NCBI RefSeq assembly: GCF_009914755.1
Contig: NC_060934.1
Strand: one strand, 5' to 3'
From: the human T2T-CHM13v2.0 reference genome, Homo sapiens
Length of the DNA: 64,000 nt
Each line of letters begins with the position of its first letter. The first letter of the stretch is position 1. A model generated the notes under the pieces. That model did not search any database and was not told the origin of the DNA. It saw nothing but the letters and a program-made list of their open reading frames with translations. This document shows positions 16,565 to 28,582 of this stretch, piece by piece. The position numbers and the translations under genes were made by a program.

Positions 16565-16663
16565 ATGCATATTAAGAGGGTCTACAAGATGAGCAGCAAT
16601 ACTCATTTCATATTCTGAGAGCTTCACATTTTTCACTCCAATTTGCTTCATTAGTTTTTCTGC
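16565..16663 (-). CDS. ATAD1: ATAD1 coding exon (2nd coding exon, 99 nt): AEKLMKQIGVKNVKLSEYEMSIAAHLVDPLNMH
   Basis: ttctag|GCAGAAAAACTAATG...AATATGCAT|gtatgt. Phase 0/0; bridges the flanking exons in frame. Missed by the ORF track. Confidence 0.97.
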
Positions 16664-17304
16664 CTAGAATGAAAAGAACAAACAACCTGCTTTGATTTGA
16701 TATTTAGATACTGGCACTTCGAAATAGATATATGTGAAGTCTAAAGAGCAATGAACAGATAGATATACAAGAAATTTCCAAGGATATTCTAGGCCCCTTG
16801 ATCTTAGCCTTCTCCATTGTGAGCCCTCAGGTAACGATTTGAGGCTCTAATCCACTGAAATCAGGGAAATTTAACCACCTTTCAGGAAATGAGAAAATAG
16901 GGTATGTGACTGAAGAGATCTTACACTTCCAAGAGGGGCTCCCATTGTTTCAATGAGACTCTAGGATACAGCTTAGTTTCTCATTCCTAACAGGACTATC
17001 ATGACTGGCAAAGGTGAAATCTCAAGAGGAAAGACAGAGGAGTTAAGGAGGGCAAGAAATGTATAAGTGAAGTTTCTTTAAACTGAGTATCTGAAACAGA
17101 TGTCCAACTTCCTTCAAATTAATCCAGGTATCTACAATAGATGGCCACACATATCCCATTTTAAATTGCTCTGTTATGCTGTCCCTTTTAGGTAGAAGAC
17201 AATTCTTGGGACTAGGCAACCAGAGTTATAATAAAAATAACTCTAACAACCAGCATTAAACCTATGAGTTCTAGCAATACAACAAAGCTTTCAATTAAAA
17301 TAAA

Positions 17305-17550
17305 GATAATGAAAAACATTTACTGAGTGTGCCAAATATTATGCCAAAATACAGTAAAAGGATTAACTTATTGAATCCTAAGAGCCAATACTATGAGATA
17401 GTCATAATATTTTCCCAATCACAGAAAAAGAAACTGAAGTTTAGCATGATTAAGTAATTTGCCTTTGGTTAAAAGTTAGCCAAGAGAAGAAACAAGATAT
17501 GAATTCAAGGAGTCCAACACTAGAGTCCATACTTGACTACCACACATATT
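17305..17550. mobile_element. MIR
   Basis: AACATTTACTGAGTG...AGAAACTGAAGTTTAGCATGATTAAGTAATTTGCC. Confidence 0.7.
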
Positions 17551-17862
17551 TGCCCTGATTTCTTCAATTTTAAGACTGGAGTTTATAACCATGAAAGAGT
17601 CTTTAAAAATCTATACATAACAAATTCAAATTTCAATTAAGTGAACATTTTAGAAATGAAGGGACTCTGGTAAATCATGTTTACCTAAGTTTTGGTTATT
17701 ACATTTTCCTAAAATGCTTTTGATTATATAGAATCTTGCTGTCTATCCAGGGTTATGACTGCTCTAAAAGGAAATTCACATCACACAGCATTTTAGTTAT
17801 AGAATAGCTAGGAGGTTAGGATAAATGTGTTTAATAGCTTTAAAAAAAAAAAGTACTATGGG

Positions 17863-18130
17863 GGCCAGGAATGGGGGCTCCCAGCACTTTGGAAGGCTGA
17901 GTTGGGAGGATTGCTTGAACCCAGGAGTTCGAGACCAGCCTGGGCAACACAGACGCCATCTCTACAAAAAATCAAAACTTAGCTGTATGTGGTAGTACAC
18001 GCCTGTAGTCCTAGATACTCTGGAGGCTGAGGGAGGAGGATTACTTGAGCCTTGGAGATCAAGACTGCAGTGAGCCATAATCATGCCACTGCATTCCAGC
18101 CTGGACAAGAGACAAATCTTGTCTCATAAG
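17863..18130 (+). mobile_element. Alu (AluJ-like)
   Basis: Diverged dimer; AAAAAGT(A/G)CTATG on both flanks. Confidence 0.9.
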
Positions 18131-18407
18131 AATTTTTAAAAAGTGCTATGAACCACATCACATAATCAAACAGGATACATCTCCTGTTTATCTTGCCCCT
18201 GTAAAGTCACTGAATCAATAGATAATCTTTTGTAGATCCCTTTGTCACTTGTAAATACCTTCTCTTTTACTGCCATAAGTCGTTTACATGTCAGTTAAAA
18301 AAGGTATCCTATTTTAGCATCTGAATAACATTTACTCTTCATTTTCATTATGCTACAGTAAATGTGAAACCCTCCCACATGTGTTCTTTTTAAGCAACGC
18401 TCGAAGA

Positions 18408-18608
18408 CAGTGGTTTTCCCAGGGGACATTTGGCAAAGTCTGGAAATACTTCTGGTTGTCACACTTGGGGGTAGGGTGATACCAGCATCTAGTCAGTAGA
18501 GGTAGAGATGCCACTGAACATTCTACAAGGCACAGGACAGCCTCCCTTTCCCCATCCCAAATAATTATTGGCCCAAAATGTCAACAATGCCTGATATGAG
18601 AAACCCTG
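18408..18608. mobile_element. MER20 (hAT-Charlie) DNA transposon
   Basis: CAGTGGTTTTC...CAGGGGACATTTGGCAAAGTCTGGA...CACAGGACAGCCTCCC...GAGAAACCCTG. Confidence 0.85.
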
Positions 18609-18879
18609 TTTTATTCCCTATTAGCTAGTTGCCCTGAAAATTTTACTCTATGCCTAAATAAAGCTTTTAAAATTGCCTCTTGATTTAAAGAATAGCCTTT
18701 ATTTCTATCTGGAACTTCCTAAATAAAAAATGACAAATGAATAATGTTTAGTTTACATAGAGACAGAAAATTTTATCTTTTCAAGTTTACCTAAGATCTC
18801 TTTCCTGCAACAGCAGTCCCACTTTAACAATCTCTTCAGATTGTATTCACAATATATCATTAAAAGAAAAGGGAAAAGG

Positions 18880-19090
18880 AACTAATGGTTTTATTGAGCA
18901 CCTACCATATCTAGCACTGTGCTAGGTAATTTATAATCAACCCTTAAAATTAACCTGAGAAGTAACTATTATTATCCTTATTATTTAGATGAGGAATTTA
19001 CAGGTCAGAGAAATTAAAAGAAATGTCAGGATTATACAGCTAGGAAGTGACATTAACAGAGCTCAAATACTGATTTGTCTAATTTCGAAT
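18880..19090. mobile_element. MIR
   Basis: TTTATTGAGCACCTACCATATCTAGCACTGTGCTAGG...AGATGAGGAATTTACAGGTCAGAGA. Confidence 0.8.
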
Positions 19091-20143
19091 CCCATATTTT
19101 GCTGAAACACTAATACTCTTCATTTGGGAGAGCAGAACATGGCTGGCAAATAAATGGAACACACCAAAAAACACACCAAAACTGCCACCAAACAAACTGT
19201 GTCCCAGGAAGAAGTTATACAATTGCCTAGTTTTGACACTTTTAAGTGAGCCACTAGATAAGCAGAAAAACAAAATTATGATTGGACTACTGTAAAAATG
19301 GCTTATGTTTATGCATACTTTCTTGTTTACAGCTTAATGAAAGTTATATTTTCTGATCACCATGGTTTGCTTGTTTTTTTTTTTTTTTAAAGTAGGTCTC
19401 TCCAAGTGGTTGTTGTTTCTGTGGAGGGAAAATGAGTTGGATGGGGAGTGTGTGGGGGCCAAAAGAAGGAGGAAAACTTACTTTTTACTGTATACCCATA
19501 TTTTTTTGACTGTTCCAAATGATTTTCTACCCTTTCACACTATTTTTTACCCTTTCATGCTATTTCACTTTTTTCTCCATGCAAAGTATTATTTTTTCAA
19601 AAAGATTAAGAAGTGGAATAGGAAATATTAAACTAATATTTTTGCCTGGAGTAGGGAAGGCAGAAATGGGGACAAGCAGCAGCAAAGAAAATACTTATGA
19701 GCTAACACTCATTTCATTCAGGTTCTAAAGATTCATAAAATTGTCCTTTTGGAAGAATCAGTTTAGAAAGTTGGACATGTCATTAACAAGAGTGAAAAAT
19801 CAGAGATGAACGAATTAAACTTAAGTTAGAAACAAGGACAACCTCTGATCTTTTTACCAAGGTCATAGCTGAAGTGTTCCAATTTAAGTGTATGCAGACG
19901 AATCACTGATATAAAGCTTTTTAAAAATGCATTTAAAAGGGAACTAACAAGGATTCTGAGTATGTAAGTATCTTTATATAATAGATATAATCATTTATTA
20001 CAAACTTACATTAAAACTCTGGAAAAACATCTTCTACACATGTGGAAACAGTGATCCTCTTTTAGGGTTAGTGTACTTATACCTCTTTCCTCTCATTTTA
20101 CCATTATGTATTCTGAAAGTTCTTGGGTAAGATGGCTTTGTAC

Positions 20144-20605
20144 TGTAAAAGGAAAATAAATCTTGGGGGCCCCAAATCACTAAGCTAAAGGGAAAAGTGA
20201 AGCTGGGAACTGCTTAGGGCAAACCTGCCTCCCATTCTATTCAAAGTCACCCCTCTGGCTCACTGGGATAAATGTATATCTTACTGCCTCCTTTAGAGAA
20301 GCTAGTAAGAAATTCAAAAGAATGCAATCATTTGCCTCTTATCTACCTATGACCTGGAAGCCCCCTCCCTGCTTCAAGTTGTCCTGCCTTTGTTTCCAGT
20401 TCCGGACAGAACCCAATGTTCATCTTACATATGTTGACTGATGTTTCGTGTCTCCCTAAAATGTATAAAACCAAACTGTTCTCTGACCACTTTGGGCACA
20501 TGTCTCAGGACCTCCTGCAGCTGTGTCATGGTCCCGTGTACTCAACCTTGGCAAAATAAACTTTCTAAATTAACTGAGACCTGTCTCAGATATGTGGGGT
20601 TCACA
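20144..20605 (+). mobile_element. 5' LTR (MER4A/MER4A1-like)
   Basis: TGTAAAAGGAAAATAAATCTTGGG...GGGGTTCACA; TG...CA ends; TATAAAA at about 20465; AATAAA at about 20554. Confidence 0.9.
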
Positions 20606-20608
20606 TTT

Positions 20609-20628
20609 TGGTGACCATGAAGGGATTC
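20609..20628 (+). other. Retroviral primer-binding site, tRNA-Arg-like
   Basis: TGGTGACCATGAAGGGATTC immediately follows the LTR; near-complementary to the recalled tRNA-Arg(TCG) 3' end GAATCCCTTCGTGGTTACCA. Confidence 0.7.
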
Positions 20629-22532
20629 TGAGTGGAGGTGACCCTGACCTTTGACAAATATCCTATCGGAGCTTGACACCAGCATGAGCTAACTTTATGG
20701 CTCAAACCGATAGTACTATTTGCTGATGTCTGTGAGTATCCCCTCCAGATAACACCTGATCTCCCAAAATTTGGTGGAGACCTAAAGTTTATTTTGCAAT
20801 ACAACTCCCTTTTTTTGGAGTTTCACTTGCTTCCAACAAGAAAAGCAAGATTTCCTGCTTACATAGCGATGGACAGAAGGTAACTCCTTTACAGAGTTTG
20901 AGCTCACTCCTAGCAGGGAAGATGAGTTTGACTTTTTTCCTGCTTCTAGGATGTAGAGAGCAGTCTTCAGCCTGAGACCTATCCCTGGGTAAGTAGCTGA
21001 ATTGGGGTTTTGTCTTGGCTAAAGTTTAACAACTAGCTGGTCTTAATTTCTCCTTACCATTAGCACAGTCAGTGATCATATTGTTGGGTTTTTTGTTGTT
21101 TGTTTGTTCTGGTCTTTCTCCCATCAGATTTGACAAACTCTACTTGACTTGGTCAAATCTGAGAATTCCAAATTATGGGTAACAAAACCTCTCTAATTTG
21201 GCTAAAATTCCTCGCAGCTGCAAAAGAGGAAAGAAAAAAAAACAAAAACAAAAATCCATGCGCTTGGTTTCTGTGTTTGCTTACTGTCTTAAAAAAACAA
21301 ATGTTCTTTCATTTACTTTTCTTCCACCCTATACCTCCTTCCCCCTTTGCCATCTGTAGTACCAAAAAATCTAGAGAAGGTTTCTAATGACTTGAACCCA
21401 TTAAAAGAATTCAGAACAAAGACACCACTCACCCCTTTTAGAGTGTTCTGTTTTCCTTGTGGAGTTTCAAGAGTCATGGGCAGAGTCTTCTTAAGTCTAA
21501 ACCTCTGTTTCCATATTATTCCATGACCTGACTTGTTTGGCTTGGGGGTACCAGAGATTATCTTGTACCACGAGAGGATTTGACCTTGGTGTGTGTAATG
21601 GTGAATGAGAGCTACAAGTTAGGGGTGGCTGAGCACAGTTTACAGGAAGTGGTCTTGGCTGTTTTTTCTCCTACGAAGTTGTTAAGGATCCTGATTCTAC
21701 TTCAGAGATGCATTCTAAAGGGTCTTCTCTATCGCCTTTTCTACCAAAATTAATCTCTGTTTGGCTTTTCTGCGCACATTTGTGTGAGGAACTGAACTGT
21801 TGTTTTTGCAGGTAAATGACAGATTGAGTTTTCTCAGCTCCAAAGAGAAAGGGTGTTTTGCTCCCCCCAGCCAAAAGGTGCCCCTGGGTGACCGGGGGCC
21901 TAATGGGAGTGTACAGGGGGTTAACCTCCCTCGACGTGCAGTGGCCTTACAAGAAAATCCCCAACAAAAATTAATTTTTAAAAAGGCTTGTCCAGGAAAC
22001 ACACATAAGTCCTGATCATCCCATGTTTTGAGCCCTCTCAGAGGTCATGGACCTCTGGAGAGAGAAACCAAGACATGTAAGAGGGCAGAAACAACTCAGT
22101 GGTGACACACTGTGGAGTCCTGCCCACAAGCAGCACACATCCATCCACACATAAAAACCCTAGGCCACAGCTCAGTTCCTCCTTTTAAGAAAAAGTGGGA
22201 AACGTTCTAAGAATGAGGAGAATGATCCCCTTTCAAGCACTCCGTAGGTTTTATGGCACCACTACTTGCCAGAGTTTATGTAAAACGGAAGTAACATGGT
22301 CTTTGTGCACATTTACATTAAAGAAAAAGAACCCTAAGGTCGACCTACAAACTACAGAGTTGCTACGTTCTCTTTCTGTGTCTTTCATTTCTGGCTGCTT
22401 TGAATCTGCTGTTATTTTTCTACTAAGATAAAAACCACTGTTTGGATCTAACAGGTTTTTTGTGTTTTTTTTTTGCAAGCCAGTGAATTTGTATTTATCT
22501 CATGGCTAAAGTTCCAAAGTAAAAGCTATAGG

Positions 22533-22534
<2 letters not shown>

Positions 22535-22564
<30 letters not shown>
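22535..22564. repeat. (GT)n microsatellite
   Basis: About 15 uninterrupted GT units. Confidence 0.95.
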
Positions 22565-22566
<2 letters not shown>

Positions 22567-25392
22567 TTAAAATGCCTTTATAATTTCCATAGCTTTATGT
22601 TTAATTGGCAATTAAATCCACTTTAATTTCCCTCTTAGCACACTAGACGTTTTCTTTCCATACTTTATGGTGTAAATTTGGCTATCTGATTTTCACCTGA
22701 GTTGTTTCCTTTAACATGCAAATTAAAGGCTATTTAGCTGACAACTGCCTAGGGTAGTGAAAAAGGTTATTAAGAATTTGAAGTCTATGGTAGGAAAATA
22801 AAATTTTTATGAATCTATAATATGTACTTCTATCAGCATGCCTAATATGTCTATGTATTTATGTGTTGTGTACACAATGTTTCACTACTGAAAATATATA
22901 AAAGAGCTCTAACTAATTGGCTTAAGAAAATAAAAGTGCTTGGAATCAAATACTTCATCAGGAAAAAAGAGAAGACTCGTCAAATGCTTTTTCAAGTTTA
23001 CATAATTTAATAAAATCTTTAATAAATAAGCTAGCTTTAAAATTACTGGCAAAATAATATTAGAAATATCTTAAGAATTGCCAAAATATATTTTTGTTTG
23101 CATTTATTAATCAAGCAATTTCATACTTATCCCTGCAAAATACTATTAAGGTGTCAAAATTTGGCATAGGGATTAAAAACCATAAATCCAGCCCCAAACA
23201 GAATGATCTTTGCTTGCGTAATTGTTAATAAATAAGACATTGATATTGGTTTAATGAAAATAGCTACATCTTGAAGTTAGTAAGATTATCATAACTTCTA
23301 ATCTTGTGGCTTTAGGCAGTCTAGACCATAGTCAGTAAGGTTTGTTTTGGGAAAAGGCTGTTATTGCCTTTGTTTCAAAGCTAAACTATAAACCAAGTTC
23401 CTCCCGAAGTTAGTTCAGCCTATGCCCAGGAATGAATGAGGACAGCTTGGAGGTTAGAAGCAAGATGGGGTGAGTTAGGTCAGATCTTTTTCACTGTCTC
23501 AGTTATGATTTTGCAATGGTGGTTCTGTAACTTTAAATGATGACCATTACAGTTTTCATAAATAGTCTAGGTAAACAATTAAAATAATTAGGTAAATGCA
23601 ATGGGATAATTGTAGACAAACTCATCATAATTTAGAATCTAAAGTTATACTAAAATAATAAATATTTCAATAAAATATATTGTAGAAAAATATTTTTTTT
23701 TTTAAAAAGTGTGTCCTTTTTAAAAAGGTGAACAATTTTTGTCTAATTCAATGCTTATTTAGGTCATGTATAAAAGAAGGTAAAAGGAACCAGGAAGTAA
23801 GAGACATGTAAAGAAAGTTGTAAAAATAAAGAGGGTTGTTTTGGTAAGAAAGCTTAAAAAGAAATAATGAGAAAGACTCTTATATGGTAAATTTAGTCCT
23901 ACAATAAAATGACTGCTTAAGAAAGAGGATGGTCAGGACAAACCACAGAGTCCAAGCATGTCATGAATGGTCTAAGACACAATAAGAGGATTTATTTAAA
24001 AAAAAAAAGAACAAAGAAACTTTTATATAATTAAAGGGAAATTAAAATGGTCTTTCTAGAGATGATTGGACTTGATGTAAAAAAAATTATGTCTATATAT
24101 ATATACACACACACTAAATCACTGGTTAAAACAATGACATTTTCTTAAGTTATTGATTCACGTTTAATAAATTATAAGAGATTTTAATTTTTTTCTAACC
24201 CAAACTTCAACTTTTATTGCATCTCACTGTTTTTAGTTTTCTCTCTCCTTTTAAAGGGTGTGAAATTGTAACACTCTCTTTCAACTCATTTTCAGCTCAT
24301 ATTAAGTTTTTTTCCTCAAGTTCTGTTTGTTATGGCCTGATGCTAACAATGTTTTCATGAATATCCAAAGGAAATGTTTTCTTCCAACATAATATTCTGG
24401 CAGTGCAGGTCTTTTCTGTTGCCTTTTAGTAACTGGTCTAACATATTTTATGGTTTATTGAAACAATTCTATGCTATTATGATTCAGTTTGGTTTGCTTG
24501 GGGAAAAAAGCTGAAATTAAAAAAAAAAATTTTTAATTAAGGTTATTAACATTCATGTATCTTTCTATATGTTCAAAGTACCTGTGCCATTGAGTTACAT
24601 GGCTTTGACTTCTGGGTCTAAAAAGGACACCAAGTCCTACTAAATCATAAACACTGACAGCAATTAAAGCCTCATCTTCAGGCTCCGTAGAAAATGCCAA
24701 TCAAAATAAACTGCGTTTCTAAAACACAAGGCCAGAAATTAAAGGTATTCAACTCCTCAAGGCCCAGGGACTATCATAGAAGAGGCGGGCATGTGAAATT
24801 GGAAGGCCCAATTTTGAGAGAGAAAATAAGTTCAGCTTCTCTATAAATTAATCATTCATATCAAAGGCACACTAATGCAAAACCAACATATGGGCCCCTG
24901 TGTCAGATTAACAAGGTTTTGTTGAAGCATTAACTGACTCCTTAATAAAGGTTATAAATGCTGTGAAAGGCTTAAGGAAGTTATATCTTATGGTCAAGAT
25001 TAAAATTTTGGAGACTGTTTATAAACTTTTAAAAATAAATTGAATTGGTTTCATGCTGTTTTTATTAGGCCTTATCGTTTGGAGAATTAAGTCTCCTCTC
25101 TCAAAGAATGAAGGTTTTCACCTTTTTCTGAGTTATCACTTTGGTGAAATGAATGACTTATTTTACAATGACCTGTAGTATGAAGTTTTTTAAACCTTTG
25201 ATATTTGACAAACTTTCCAAAATCAAATGATAAATTATGTCTTTTTTTTGACCTAATTAATTCTTTAAGACATTAGGTTCCCTATAAAGTTCAAAAAATG
25301 ACATAATTTGGCTTATTTAGTAAAAAAAATTACACAGGAAACATTGTCATATAAGAAATGGTGTTTGGTTTTCTTGGTCTGTATTTGTAGAG

Positions 25393-25512
25393 ATGTTATT
25401 AGTATGTGTCCTAAAATTATGAGAAACTCCTATAATTCTGATATGACTTAATGTTATTAGTATGTGTCCTAAAATTATGAGAAACTCCTATAATTCTGAT
25501 ATGACTTAATGT
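25393..25512. repeat. Perfect 58-bp tandem duplication
   Basis: ATGTTATTAGTATGTGTCCTAAAATTATGAGAAACTCCTATAATTCTGATATGACTTA occurs twice, followed by ATGT. Confidence 0.95.
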
Positions 25513-26432
25513 ACATTATCAATAATAATTATAATTATTGTGTGCCACAGAGATAATAAATTCCCTTGTCAACTATGTCTTTGACTATGGCTACCCTAAA
25601 ACTTTTGTCATCCATGGACAATTGTTACCTTCTTTTGGTCCTCTTTAGAAGGTGGTTTTATAATCAGCTATAAAACTCTAACAGGTGCTCTTGAATGAAT
25701 GTTTCTGATTGGAGATTGTGACATCAAAATAGAAGAAAAACTTTCAGGACTCACAGAGAGCTGGAACATCCATGAATATCAAACAGAACAGGAATTAACT
25801 GCATGGACTGAATTAACAGAAGACTGAAGTTATCTTTTTGACTTTTTGCTTAAAATGTTGCTGATCCTTTGTTTTGTTTTTTTCAAAGAAACTTTTCTTT
25901 TGCACTATTGACAGCTTCTAACAATTCAGTAGACTCCTATGAACAAAATTTGGAGCATATTTGTTTCTCTCTACCTGATTTCTCTAGAATTTGGAAACTA
26001 TTTGTGAGTATTCTTAACTTATGGCAATACAGTTATTTGCGTAAGTGCAATAAGAATCTGTTTTCATTTGTAACAGGACACAATTGGAGAAACTAGTTAT
26101 TTTACCAAGGCTTTGACTGGAATGGTGTGCTTTCCTTTAAGGAATCAAACTTGACTTACAGAGCCAATGAAAGCCCCTTGGGAAAACTGGCTTCACACCT
26201 TATCTACACAGTCCCTGTACAGGGTTTCTGACCTGTTGTTAAGTAAAGAATGTCACTTTCTGACAGGCCCAGGAGCCCCAAGTTTATCTTGGAATCAAGA
26301 GGAGAGGAATTCACCCAATTCACAGGTATTTGATGGTACAAATCCATGGCTGGGCTTGGCTTTAAAAAAGTCTTACCTGAGATTATTTCTATGGAACAAA
26401 GTTCTATCAAAGCCAATTTAAAAGCCTATGTA

Positions 26433-26561
26433 GGCAGGGCGCAGTGGCTCATGCCTGTAATCCCAGCACTTTGGGAGGCCAGGGCAGGCAGATCACCCCC
26501 GAGATCCCGCCACCGCACTCCAGCCTGGGTGACAGAGCAAGACTATGTCACGAAAAAAAAA
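26433..26561 (+). mobile_element. Internally deleted Alu nested in the ERV
   Basis: Alu 5' end fused to Alu 3' end plus poly-A; 13-bp TSD AAAAGCCTATGTA. Confidence 0.9.
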
Positions 26562-27254
26562 AAAAGCCTATGTAACAAAATAATTATTCTTGCTGCACTA
26601 TATACAAACAATCTGGCCAATTAGAAGAAAGCAAATCAGTCCTACCATAATTTGTCTTTAGTGAAAATGAGAAACTGGAGACAGAGAAATTATGTTTCAA
26701 AAACTATAGTATACCTATTGTTAGATTCTAGTCCTGCCTAATATTTTTCAATTTTTATTATTTTCTATAGTTTAGACAGAATTCAAACTTTTCTTGGCTA
26801 CAAGTCTTCAAAATAATGTTTTCAATTTATTTCCCTTCTTTTTTCCCCCATTTTTCCTAATTTGGAGTCACTGAAAACTAAGCTGTGCTTTCTTAATGCC
26901 CTAAGAACTGAAGCTAGACACTTAAACTTCAGAAGAAAAGAACAGCAACTTAGTTACATACATAAGCCACTTTAATACCTGCCTACTGACATATGGACTT
27001 CAGGTAATGTGGCCTATATAAATTTTCCAGGATTTGTTTTTTGTTTTTTGTTGTTTTTCTCCCTTCCTCCCCGTTTTCTCTTCACAAGACATGAGACTTC
27101 ACAACCAGCTAAAATTGAGCTTTCCTAATAACTCAGGACCTATCCGTCAAGGAATAAACCATCCTAGCCATGAGAGATCAGACGAAACTTGAGACCAGAG
27201 ACTCATTTTCTTCTAAATATGCTTTCTCCAAAAGATTTTTAAAAAGGGAGGAAA

Positions 27255-27702
27255 TATGAAAGGAAAATAAATCTTGGAGACCCCAAATCACTAAAGGGAA
27301 AAGTCAAGCTGGGAATTGCTTAGGGCAAATCTGCCTTCCATTCTATTCAAAGTCACCCCTCTGCTGAGATAAACGCGTATCTGCTTGCCTCTTTTGGAGA
27401 GGCTAATCAGAAACTCAAAAGAATGCAACCATTGGTCTCTTATCTACTTATGACCTGGAAGTCTCCTCCCTGCTTCAGGTTGCCTCACCTTTGCTTCCAG
27501 CTGGACCGAACCAATGTTCATTTTACATATGCTGACTGACGTCTCATGTATCCCTAAAATGTATAAAACCAAACTGCTCTGAACACCCTGGGCACATGTC
27601 ATCAGGACCTCCTGAGGCTGTGTCATGGGTGCATGTTCTCAACCTTGGCAAAATAAACTTTGTAAATTAACTGAGACCTGTCTCAGATATTTGCGGTTCG
27701 CA
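27255..27702 (+). mobile_element. 3' LTR (MER4A/MER4A1-like)
   Basis: Preceded by PPT AAAAAGGGAGGAAA (27241-27254); homologous to 20144-20605; ends GGTTCGCA. Confidence 0.9.
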
Positions 27703-28292
27703 GTACTATGGTGCTCTTCTACTATGCTTGTGTAGAAAACAATACTGCAGAGTTTTTTCTCCTCTGATTCCCAGCTCCTATTGCTTTTCTTTCCTCATCA
27801 CTTGTATCTACTCCCTTACCTACCTAGGCAATACTAACTGCTTGTTCCTTACTGACTCCTATCTCAATTTTATTTACTTCAGCTTCTCAGTCTTATAAGA
27901 CTCAGCTCCAGTAAACCTTGGGTTTAAAAGCCACTTGACTGGCAATGGAGTTCACAACAGCTTTCTGGGGTTAACAAATGTTAGCTCTTCCAAGTTGGCA
28001 TTCTGTGATAGCTGCTCTTAAAATTCCTGGCAGTTGAGAGTTCCAAGTTTTTAAAGTTTTTTTCAGTACACTCCTTCACAGAAAACTTCAGCTCTTACTT
28101 CTCTCAAAATAACAGAAATAGTTTTCAAGTCTACAGTGTAATGATAGGACTAACAATAGGAAGACGTTAAGTTAAATAATTAATGTCATAGTAAGTCACT
28201 TTCTGTGTATAACTCGTGTATGAAATCTTTCCTGGCCCTTGATGACTACTAAACCACAATTTCAAGAAAATTATATAGTCTAATTATTATTA

Positions 28293-28582
<290 letters not shown>

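Larger units (their letters stand above)
20144..27702 (+). mobile_element. Complete two-LTR endogenous retrovirus, MER4A-type LTRs with non-coding MER4-type internal region (ERV1 class)
   Basis: Two homologous LTRs; 4-bp TSD GTAC (20140-20143 and 27703-27706); PBS after the 5' LTR; PPT before the 3' LTR; no long ORFs in the track. Confidence 0.9.

Noticed and set aside
25393-25512. Direct repeats as a CRISPR-like array
   Set aside because: Two adjacent copies with no spacer, in mammalian DNA; a simple tandem duplication.
21175-26421. Short ORFs inside the ERV interior as gag/pol/env
   Set aside because: All are under 100 aa with no recognisable retroviral motifs such as the CCHC zinc knuckle, YXDD or the integrase zinc finger.
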